Position numbers and translations under genes: made by a program | Assembly: GCF_004010195.1 (NCBI RefSeq) | Contig: NW_025215170.1 | Coordinates: forward strand, 15,882 to 68,187 | Direction: 5' to 3' | DNA length: 52,306 nt | From: Chiloscyllium plagiosum | Taxonomy: Eukaryota | The notes under the pieces: generated by a model | Told to the model about the DNA's origin: nothing | Database searches by the model: none | What the model saw: the letters and a program-made list of their open reading frames with translations, nothing else | Shown here: positions 36,901-47,119 of the stretch, in pieces | Layout of the letters: each line of letters opens with the position of its first letter | How positions within the stretch are numbered: the stretch's first letter is position 1

Positions 36901-39900
36901 TCAGGGGAGATCCATGATGGCAGCGATCCAGTGGGACTGCCCTGGTGAGCTCTGCACCAGAACCCAGACGAAGTGGTGCGTTCATCCTCTGTTTCTTCCC
37001 TATTGCGGTAAACATCGGTCGCTTTTGATCCCCAGAATTGCTCTATGCCATTTTAAGTGAGTAAGGAAAATGTCTAAGGGAAAATGACGACGAGGATCAC
37101 AGCCAGCAGGGCACTGCAGCAATGGGTAGCCCGCGGCTGTGATGTCGGCCTCCCCGAGCACCCCAGGGATCTTATTTGTGGAGCAGATCCTGGTCTCGGA
37201 GTGCAGGAGCCTGCGACATAAGATTGATTTAGCAATGGAGGAGACCAGAACCATGCTAGAACTGGTCTCAGCCAAGCTGCAGAAGCATGACCTGGACATC
37301 CAGCATTTCGGGCCACACATCGTGGAGGTGGAAGAGGGAATCGTGGCTTTGGAAACCATGGCAGAATTCTCAGTGTGTCGGGTCCAAGCCCTGGAATGTT
37401 AGGTAGAGCAGGTCGAGGACCTCGAAAATCAGAGCCGTCAGAAGAACATCAGCTTGGTCGGGCTGCCGGGACAGCAATAAGAAAGCCAGCTCGTCAGCTT
37501 CTTGGAACAATGGCTCACACAATGTTTGAAGCTCCATGCCAGGGCAGATTGGGTGCGGGTCGTGCGGGCCCATCGGGTCGCAGTGTGCAGGCCCGGATCG
37601 GACCACCGTCCCTGCCTGGTCTTTGTGAAACTCCAGCACGATAGAGTAAAACAAGTCCTGGAAGCTTCTCGATCTCTGCGGAAGGATCCATAGGTTCTGA
37701 TCTACAAAGGATCACGAATTATCTTTTTTCCAAGACCTCTCTACGGCTGTGATTCGCAAGAGGCAAGCCTTTGAAAAGGCAAAAGGGAGACTGAGGGACA
37801 TGAATATTCTGTACTTGGTAAGATATCCAGCAATATTACGTTTCAGTCATGGCGGGCCTGTGTTTAATTTTGCCTCACTAGAAAACGCAAAGGACTTCCT
37901 GTACACATTTAAATAGACTGGCTGGTTCAAATAATATGGACAATTGTGTTCCCTTTGTTTTCTCTGGGGCTTTCCTGGTTTACCTCGTTTTGGGTTTTTG
38001 TTTAGTATGTGGAGGTCCCATTTTTCCTTTTTAACTCTCCTCCTTTCTTCCTCCCCTCCCATTATCCTTTGTTTTTTTTCTATCATTTGCTTTTAGTTTC
38101 TCTCAGTACAGAATGGAAAAGTGGGTTGGGAGAGTTGGGGGTAGTTACATTTTGTTTCATCTGGACTGCCTCCCGTGAAAGTATGGATGGGACAGGGTTG
38201 AATGCCCACTTTTAATTTTGTTGTTGTAAGGCCTGTGTAACGTTTTGTAACTTTGTTTTGTCTGGGCGGAGAGTGGCTTCAGCTCGGAGGAGCCATGGGG
38301 GATTAATGGATAGTATGAGCGTCCCCTGTGGGCAAGGGGGAAAGTCTCTGCTTACTTGTGTTCTATAGAGATTCATGGTAGAAGTCGTTGTTAGAAGTTT
38401 TGATTTGGTTATTTTTGTCGTTACATTTTTAAGTTTATACGAACTGTTTACAGCTTTCACGGGGCGCGCTATAAATGGGGTTCATCTGCCAGTGGGTCAT
38501 GGGCTGCTTCGGATGGTTATGCATAACCGCTCGTTTAAATGGTGCACCTGGAATGTTAAAGGGAGCCATTCACTGATTAAGAGAAAAAATAGAGAACAAA
38601 AGGAAATGGTTGATGTCGTCTTGATGCAGAAAACACATCTAACCGATAAGGAGCATTTACACTTAGAGCAGGGAAGGTTCAGACGGGTGTTTTCTCATCC
38701 TTTAATTCAACAAGTTGAGGAGTAGCTATACTCATTCATAAGAACCTTCCACATCAGTTGTTTGACCAAATTAAGAATGAATGTGGGTGGTCTCTGATCA
38801 TTAAAGCTTTAATATATCAAGAGGAATACTAGACCTTGAATAATATTGCCCCCAGCACACCCCCTCAAATTTCAATTAGATGCGCTCACAAGGTCGATGA
38901 TCCTTGGGGCACGTCATACAATGAAGGGGAGACTTTAATTGACGTATGGACCCCGAGGTGGATAGGATGTCGAGGGGTCTCGCGGGTATTTCCCCGCCAC
39001 CCAGGCAGCTGGTGGACCTGAACAGGTAACTGGCTTGGTGGATGTGTGAGATGTCTTCACCCTGAAGATGGGACTTCACTTTTTTTTCTAACCCACATAA
39101 ATGCTATACTAGGATTGACATGTTGTATGCCCCATTGGTCTTTTTTAATTCGGTGATGTCCTGTAGAATTGTGAACGTAGCCATTTCGGATCATGTGGCA
39201 GTGTACATGGAGGTCAAGGATGGTGGTGATGGGACAGGCTCACTGCACTGGCACGTGTAGCCTTTCCTCCTGAAGGATAGCAAATTCATTGAGTATTTTT
39301 CAGGGGTATTTAATTTTTTTGGAACATGAACTTGTGTACGGTCAGTAATCCGACAGTGCTCTGGGAGACTGCCAAAACCTATACAAGGGATTTGATTATT
39401 TCTTACTCGGCGACTCAGAAGCGGCAGAAGGGAGAGCAGCAGCGTATGCTTGAGGCTCGGCTGAAGAGAGCTGAGACACCATATTTTGTCAGACAGTCTG
39501 TAACTTAATTGCAGCAGATTCCAGCCCTCCGGACTGCCCTGAATGCTGCACTCGCCCAGACAGCAAAGAGAGATTTCCTTTGTGAAACAGAAGTTATTCG
39601 AGCATGGTGATAACCAAGTAGATATTAGGCGTACTTGGCCAGAAAGAAGATTGCTGCTATTATCACCCACGATCCCAAAAAAATTAATGCAGAGTTCAGG
39701 AAGTTCTACTCTGGGTTGTTCCAGTCAGCGGGCTGGGAGGACTGATTGGCGACGATGGAGTCCTTTATTAAGACCTTGGACCTCCCAGGTGTAAGTTCAG
39801 AGCAGGCGTCTCTTTACATTTCCCCTCTGACAATCCGAGAGATGCAGGAGACAGTGAGGCAGCTCCAGAGTGGTAAAGCCCCCAGCCAAGATGAATTTTC

Positions 39901-41795
39901 GGAGTGAGATTTAGAAGGAATTCATAGACATGCTGGCTGGGCCAGTGTTGGATATGTACAATTATTGTACAGTCAGGACTGCCTCCCATCCTCTCTGAGA
40001 GAAGGAAATATTTATCTTGTTCTCAAGAGAGGGAAAGCCCCAGAGAATTGCACTTTGTATGTGCCTATATCATTATTAAACGTGGACTTTAACATTTTGT
40101 CGAAAATGCTGGCTTTGAAGGTCCATTGTGAAAGAGCTGAAAATGTGTTGCTGGAAAACGCAGCAGGTCAGGCAGGATCTAAGGAACAGGAGAATCGACG
40201 TTTCAGGCATGAGCCATTCTTCAGGAACAGGGGCTCATGCCTGAAACGTCGATTCTTCTGCTCCTTGGATGCTGGCTGACCTGCTGCGCTTTTCCAGCAA
40301 TACATTTTCAGCTCTGATCTCCAGCATCTGCAGTCCTCACATTCTCTATTGTGAAAGAGGACCATTTTTAATGGCAGCCGTAGGTCCTCTGATAATATTA
40401 GAAGAGTGCTAAATATGGTTCCAGTGTGCCAGCAAGGTTCGATTCCAGGCTCGGTAGTCTCCCTGGATGCAGAGAAAGCATTTGACCGGAGGGAGTAGAT
40501 GTGCAACTTTTATGTCCTTGAATGGTTTGGTATTGGAGGGGTCTTCGCCAGGTGGGTGGCAGTGTAATATAGTGACCCGAAAGCAGCGGATTTTACTCAT
40601 GGTATAAGGTCTGACAATTTTAGCATTGACAGCGGTAGTCAACAAAGTTGTCCCCTTTCACCGTTACCATTTACATTAATGATTGAGCCGTTGGCAGAAG
40701 CCATCCGGAGGGACGCCAATATCACTGCCATGGAGGTAGGATCAGGAAGGCATAAGATCACCCTTTAAGCAGATGTTGTTCCTCTCTTTATAACTAACCC
40801 AATGATATCTGTGTCCTGTTTAATACGAATGATTAATGTATTTGGCACTTTCTCAGGGCATAAAATCAATTTTATGAAATCGGAGACCATCCCTGTTGGG
40901 GGTCTTATTAAAGTACTCGACCTTGGGGTGGAATCTGATTCCCTTCCAGATGGTCACAAGGAGGTTTAGGTATTTTTATCATCCAAGCGTTCGATCAATT
41001 ACATAAAGCTAACTTCGTGCAGTTGCTAGAGAAGATAAAACATAATCTTCCAATATCCTGTTTGGGTTAGCTCTGGTTAAAATGAATGTCCTACCCCATG
41101 CCAATGCTCCCCAGGCAGGCGCTATGGAGGCTTAACAGTTGGCTTTGATCTTTCATCTGGCGTCACAGATGGCTCCTATTAACCTGGACAAATTGCAGCC
41201 TCAGTAAATGGGGGGGCGTGTCGATTTTCCATACTTTTAAGAAATATCAACCAAGTTCCTTGCTTTCCGATTTGGCTGATGGGGCTTGGTCAATTTGGCA
41301 GGACATCGAGGTCTTCTAGGCAAATTGTCCCCTCATTAATCTGTTGTTCATGGACAAGATGAGGACTGTTATGGAGAATTGCAGAAACCGATTGTACTTA
41401 ACACAGTGAAAGCATGGAGAATAATGGGACAAGTTGAGGGCACTTTACAAAACAAAAACTTCTGCTTTCACTCTCATTGTAGGATTTGTAGGATTCCAGC
41501 CGGGATTGATGGATTCTGGTTTTAGGCTCTGGGAGTCCAGATGAGTTTCCTGTTTGGGAGAATTGTTTGACAGGGAGGTCATGATGAAATTTGAGCAACT
41601 GAGCCAGGAATACGAGGTATCTGGGGGGGGACCTCTTTTGTTAATTTCAGCTTCAGGACTTTATACAGAAAAAGACGATATTAATGGTTCGTCTCTGTAA
41701 GTCAGATATGGAGACGAGAGTGCTTCAGAGTACGGGCACTCTCTCGTTCAGCACCTTCTGTCATTTACTAGGAGGTAGTGTCTCGAAGGACATTG
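36901..41795 (+). mobile_element. L1-clade LINE with 5'UTR, ORF1 (37070-37916), inter-ORF spacer and ORF2 (from ~38513); decayed, 3' end lost
   Basis: ORF1: coiled coil, EDLENQSRQKNISLVGLP, VVRAHRV, VRYPAILRF. ORF2: TWNVKGSHSLIKRK, VVLMQKTHL, PISLLNVDFNILSKMLA, SLDAEKAFDR, QSCPLSPLPF, ITL*ADV (mutated YADD), SGHKINFMKSE. Confidence 0.92.
40137..40347. mobile_element. Palindromic Penelope-terminus-derived insert within L1 ORF2
   Basis: Inverted arms of about 80 bp; flanked by ATTGTGAAAGAG direct repeats (40125-40136, 40348-40359); hammerhead-type core on the minus strand. Confidence 0.8.
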
Positions 41796-41797
41796 AC

Positions 41798-42440
41798 CCT
41801 GTTAAACCAGTACAGGAAGAGGCTATTCAGTCCCTGGAGCCTGATGTACAGTTACGGGAGGAGGCCAGTCAGCTCCTCGAGTCGATAACACTGGGCCCAA
41901 AGTAGGCCATGAAGAACCAATACCCTGTTATGCAGCAATAGGATCAGTCTATTCAGCCTCCTCAAGTCTGTAACATAGGAACTGGAAGACGTCACACAGG
42001 GACTGGAGATTGGTGCACTGGGATACCAGGAAGATATTCAGTCCCATCGAGCCTGTTGCACGGGAATTGGAGAAGGATGCAAACTATAAGATTACTGATG
42101 AGAAAGGAGGAAGAAGTTTACCTCACATGTCTGGTGTATGGGAACAGAAGAAGGTCAATCATTCCCTCAGTCCTATATCAGGGATTCAGGAGATACCGTT
42201 CAGTATCTCCATCCTGTGATGGAGGAATATGAGTAGGTGTTTTCAGCCACTCAAACTGTTACACAGCAACAGGAAGATTGCATAAGCCCTCACGACTCTT
42301 ACGCATCAACAGGAGGAGGACAAGCAGACCATCGAGATGGTGGTGTGGAACACCAGAAAGACATCAGTCCACCGATTTTGTGCACAAGGAAGAGAATGAG
42401 TCCATTCAGCGTCTCAGACCTCTTACAGAGCTATCAGAGT
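41798..42440 (+). repeat. Long degenerate ~42-bp tandem array
   Basis: Units such as caggaagaggctattcagtccctggagcctgatgtacagtta and cgggaggaggccagtcagctcctcgagtcgataacactgggc continue with small indels. Confidence 0.75.
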
Positions 42441-42589
42441 AGGTCATTTCACGCCATGTGCCAATTATACAGGATTGGAGCGAGCAAAGAGATTATAGAG
42501 AGGTAAGAATTTAGAATCATCACCTGCACGATGGAATATATAGTAGTGAGAAAACTGTTAAAATTTAAGAAATATCGTTAAAGTCGATG

Positions 42590-43800
42590 ATTCAGGAATT
42601 AATGACAAGAAATTTGCAAAGTCAAACCACAATCTATCAAAATCAATATGATTTGGATCATGAGGATTCTAGAGATGAAATATTTGGACTTCCAGAAGGC
42701 ATTGAATTGCTCTACACAAATGATTAATCTGCAGAATAAGATAATTTACGATTAAAATTTTTTTTCAGATTGGATACAGGCTTGGTGAAGCAATAAAATG
42801 CAGTGAGATGGAAAAAAATATGGGTCATTTTCTGTTTGGCAAAATTGAACTTTAGGAAACCATATGTCTTGGTCTCCAGGCTCCAACTATTAACAACCTA
42901 TAATCTTACCTAGTTGAGAGGATATAATATGTTCTAACCAAATAAACAGATGACTCTAACTCAGGTGAGAAATTGCAATGAAGATGCAAGAAGTTAGAAA
43001 CTGTATTTGGATAGTTTGGGGCAACATTTGACAGAAGAAAGTGAACAACGAAAAGTGTGAGTGTACCCGTTTGGATCAGTGTAGCAGAAAGGCAAATTGT
43101 TATCCAAATGGAGAGAGACTTCAGAATGATTAGGTGCAGAGGGATCTGGCTGCCTGAGTCCATACTACAGAATACTCAGATGTAGGTACAGTAGATAATG
43201 AGAAAGGCAAGTGCAACTTTGGCATTTATTTCTAAAACAATACATAATAAAGGGAGGGAGGTGTGAGATCGTAACTGAGTACTGTGTTTAGTCTTGGTGT
43301 CCTGACTGTAGGAGGAATGTATTTGCCATGGAGGCAGTTCAGAAGTTGTTTACTTGATTGACTCCAGAGATGAGGAGTTTGTCCTCTGAAGAGTGATTGA
43401 GCAGTTCATGCCAACACTGCCTGGAGTATAGAAAATGAAAGGAGATGTCAGAGGTCTGGACGATGTTAAAGGTGATTTACAATGTAGATGTGAAGTTGAT
43501 ATTTCCTCAAGGGGGACAATCTCAAACTATACTGAAACCATAGTTTTAGAATGAGGTGGGGGAGAATTGAAGCAGGGGTGAGGAGAACATATTTCTGTCA
43601 CAGGGTTGGGAATCAGTGTAATTCACTGCCCCAGAGTGCAGTAGGTACTGGGATATTGAGTAAATGAAGGAATATGGATAGCGGACAGGAACGTGGAACT
43701 GAGGCCGCAATGACATCAGCAATGATTGTATTCAATGTCGGAAGAGGCCTGAGGGGGATTGGATTGCCGACTGATGCTCCTCGTTCTTATTCAGCCCTTC
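42590..43800 (+). mobile_element. Old CR1 LINE RT-to-3' fragment
   Basis: tatttggacttccagaaggcatt (YLDFQKA), tgagtactgtgtttagtcttgg, gcagttcagaag, CR1-like tail ending gctcctcgttcttat. Confidence 0.7.
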
Positions 43801-44419
43801 GAATGTGTTACACAGGAATGGGGGTGGGGAGTGGGGGACTGGTTATCAAACAGAAAGCAGCCACTCTGGACAAATCAGTCTTAATCAGTTTGACAGAACA
43901 TCACCAGTGGAGTCACAAAGTGACCAGTGCAGGGTCCACAGCTCTTTACAATCTGTATCAATGATCAGGAGAAGTGGAACAAATGTACTGTAACTAAATT
44001 TGCCGATTAAACTAAGATAAACAGAAAACTAAATTATCAAGGGAAGGTGGAGAGTCTGTAATTGGATATGGACAGGTGAAATCAATGGATAAACGTTGAT
44101 GAAATGGGATTTAAGATAATATAGTCTGTCATTTTCTTTAGGGACAATGGCAGGTAGTATGTTACTGAAACGTAGAAAGACTACAGGACTTAGTGATGCA
44201 GTGGGTACTGGAGGGTTCATTCTGACCCGATCAGACACAGGAAGTGTTGCTCCATCTCCTTGATGTTCCCAGGGACCCCATTGCTCTCAACCACCATATA
44301 TATCCTCCGTCTTCCAATGGTGACATTGACGTCGACATACTGGGAGGTGATGGAACTGTCACCCACTCCTGCCTGGCACATTCCGAATCATAGAAGCTGA
44401 ATGAAACAGTGACCCTAAC

Positions 44420-44990
44420 AGCCAATGGCAGCACTGTCCTCCCCCTGGTGTGAAGCTGCAGGTCGTGTTGAAGGAGGTGACACTGCTCTGTGATCAGCTC
44501 CTTATTCAATCAGTGTCCCCTCACACTCTGCTCCTGAGTTAAATGTAACTTGGGAAGCTGGTCCTGGAAAACCCGGAGTAGATACAGCAGATCACTTTCC
44601 CCAAACATACTCACTCCGAGGTTTCAGATCTTCCTCTCTGTGCAGCCTCTGCTCCATTTGTTGTTCATCTTACAGACACAGATGTTGTAACCGCAGTCCC
44701 TGTGCTCCATCCAGAGTTGAGTCACCAAATCCTCAGGTCTCCCTGAATGTCTAAGGCGGGTCAGAGGACAATCTCCAGAAAACCATCCCCAGTACCTCCA
44801 CGAACCTTTCAATAACAGGAATCAGTCAGAGGCCCCTCAGATACAAGGTAGATGAATGGTTCTTTACAATTATACTCCAGGATTTTCCTCATGTTGCTGA
44901 CCACACAATCAACTGAGAGGGACAAGCACACGTGTTCAGTGAACACGCACAGACCAAGGTTCCAAGGCGTCTTTAAAGCTGCTGGAACTG
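44420..44990. repeat. Locus-specific module copy (longest)
   Basis: Homologous to 8540-9130, 29330-29720, 32160-32560, 4700-5000 and 34140-34440. Confidence 0.85.
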
Positions 44991-44998
44991 CTGTCCAA

Positions 44999-46110
44999 CA
45001 TGGAGCACCACATGCAGCACACCAGGAAGTGAACAGCAGCCAAACACACACACTCCTACCTATGGAGCACCATATGGGACATACCTCAAAGTGAACAGCA
45101 GCCAAACACACACACACCTGTCCACGGAGCACCACATGGGACACACTGAGAAGTGAATAGCAGCCAAACACATACACCCCTGGCCATGGGGTACCACATG
45201 AGACACACCGGAAAGTGAACATCAGCCCAGCACACACCCACCCCTGTCCATGGAGCACCACATGGGACACGCTGGGAAGTGAACAAAAGCCCAGCACATA
45301 CCCACCCCTGTCCATGGAGCACCACATGCGACACACCGGGAAGTAAACAACAGCCAAACACATACACCCCTAGCCATGGGGTACCACATAGGACACGCCA
45401 GAAAGTGAACAACAGCCCAGCACACACACCCAGTCCATGGAGTACCACATGGGGCACACCGGGAAGTGAATAACAGCCCAGCACACACACCCTGTCCATG
45501 GAGCACCACATTGTACACATCAGGAAGTGAACAGCAGCCAAACACATATGCCCCTGTCCATGGAGTACCACATGAGATACACCAGAAAGTGAACAACAGC
45601 ACAGCACACACACATCCCTGTCCATGGAGTACCACATGGGACACACCAGGAAGTGAACCACAGCACAGCACACACACATCCCTGTCCATGGAGTACCACA
45701 TGAGATACACCAGAAAGTGAACAACAGCACAGCACACACACATCCCTGTCCATGGAGTACAACATGGGACACACGGGGAAGTGAGCAACAGCCCAACACA
45801 CACACACCTGTCTATGGAGTACCACATGAGACACACCTGGAAGTAAACAGCAGTCAAACACATACACCCCTGTCCATTGATCAACACATGGGACACACTG
45901 GGAGGTGAGCAACAGCCCAGCACACACACACCCCTGTCCATGGAGCACCACATGGGGCACACTGGGAAGTGAACAGCAGTCAAACGCATACACCCGTGTC
46001 CATGGAGTACCACATGGGACACACTTGGAAGTGAACAATTGCGCAGCACACACCTTCCTGTCTATGGAGCACCACATGGGACACACCAGGAAGTGAACAG
46101 CCTGGCACAC
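44999..46110 (+). repeat. Minisatellite, 18 units of 61-64 bp (last partial)
   Basis: Consensus catggagcaccacatgggacacaccgggaagtgaacagcagccaaacacacacacccctgtc; unit starts 45000, 45062, 45124, 45186, 45250 ... 46002, 46064. Confidence 0.97.
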
Positions 46111-46630
46111 ACCATTTCATTGTTTCTGAACTTCACAATGCCTGCTCTCAATACGCTAGGGAGTCAAATGGGACCCACAGACAGGATGTACAGGACAGCA
46201 CGAGCCATACATTTTGCACATTGTTTCTGAGCTTCATAATGATTTCCCCGGGATTCCAGGGATATCAGCATCAACGGCCAGGTTAAGGTACAGAAGGATG
46301 AAAATTTATGTTATAATTGGATGAATACTTGATCGACAAGTTCAGTAAACGTGGCTCTTATCAGACAAATGGGATTAACTGGATGAGTAGTACTTTCGTA
46401 TGTCCAATAACAAAAATAAGAATATAAAGTAAATGTGCTGAAAAATCAGCTGAAATCCACGTCACAGAATCAGACACCATAATCCAGATGATATATCTGT
46501 GCAGCATGTAGCAGTGTTCAGACCAGGCTAGATTACTGCTCAGTACAACCTAACAATCTGTGCAGGCCACACCATGAACTACCTCTCCAGCACTGGGAGT
46601 TATGCAGTGAACAGCAGTGAATTGCTGTGA

Positions 46631-47020
46631 AAACCAGGTGCAGTTATCCTCCCAGCCTGTAGAGCTCTGTACACCACCCCAGTGCATTGATCTTTAAACC
46701 TGGAGCAGTTACGCTTCTAGCATGGTGAGCTATGTACATCACCCCAGTGCATTGGTCTTTAAACCAGGAGCATTTACCCTCCCAGAAAGTAGAGCTGTGT
46801 ACACCACCCGAGTGCATTGATCCGTAAACCAGAAGCAGTTACCCTCCCAGCATGTAGAGTTGTGTAGACCATCCCAGTGCATTGAACTGTAAACCAGGAG
46901 CAGTTACCCTCCCAGCATGTAGGACTGTGTACACCACCCCAGTGCATACATCTGTAAACCAGGAGCAGTTACCCTCCCAGCATGTAGAGCTTTGTACGCT
47001 GCCCCAGTGCATTGTTCAGT
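46631..47020 (+). repeat. Minisatellite, six 65-bp units
   Basis: aaaccaggagcagttaccctcccagcatgtagagctgtgtacaccaccccagtgcattgatctgt units start at 46631, 46696, 46761, 46826, 46891 and 46956. Confidence 0.95.
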
Positions 47021-47119
47021 AACATTGTGATAGATCACTGCCCAGCGTGGGGAAACTTGCAGCCAACTCCCACCCATTTACAGCTCCATACCTCAATTGT
47101 GTCAATGGATACAGAATAT

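Noticed and set aside
44217..44381. 54-aa minus-strand ORF containing GVPGN, resembling GPCR TM1
   Set aside because: Flanking residues are polar (VESN, KEMEQH), with no hydrophobic helix and no similarity to the two real exons; probably chance.
44809..46110. Long ORFs (184-275 aa, Cys/Val/Trp-rich) on the minus strand
   Set aside because: They arise from the 61-64 bp minisatellite; unit lengths are mostly not multiples of three and several frames are open at once.
44999..47020. CRISPR-like regular repeats
   Set aside because: Units are contiguous tandem copies with no unique spacers, there are no cas genes, and the DNA is vertebrate.
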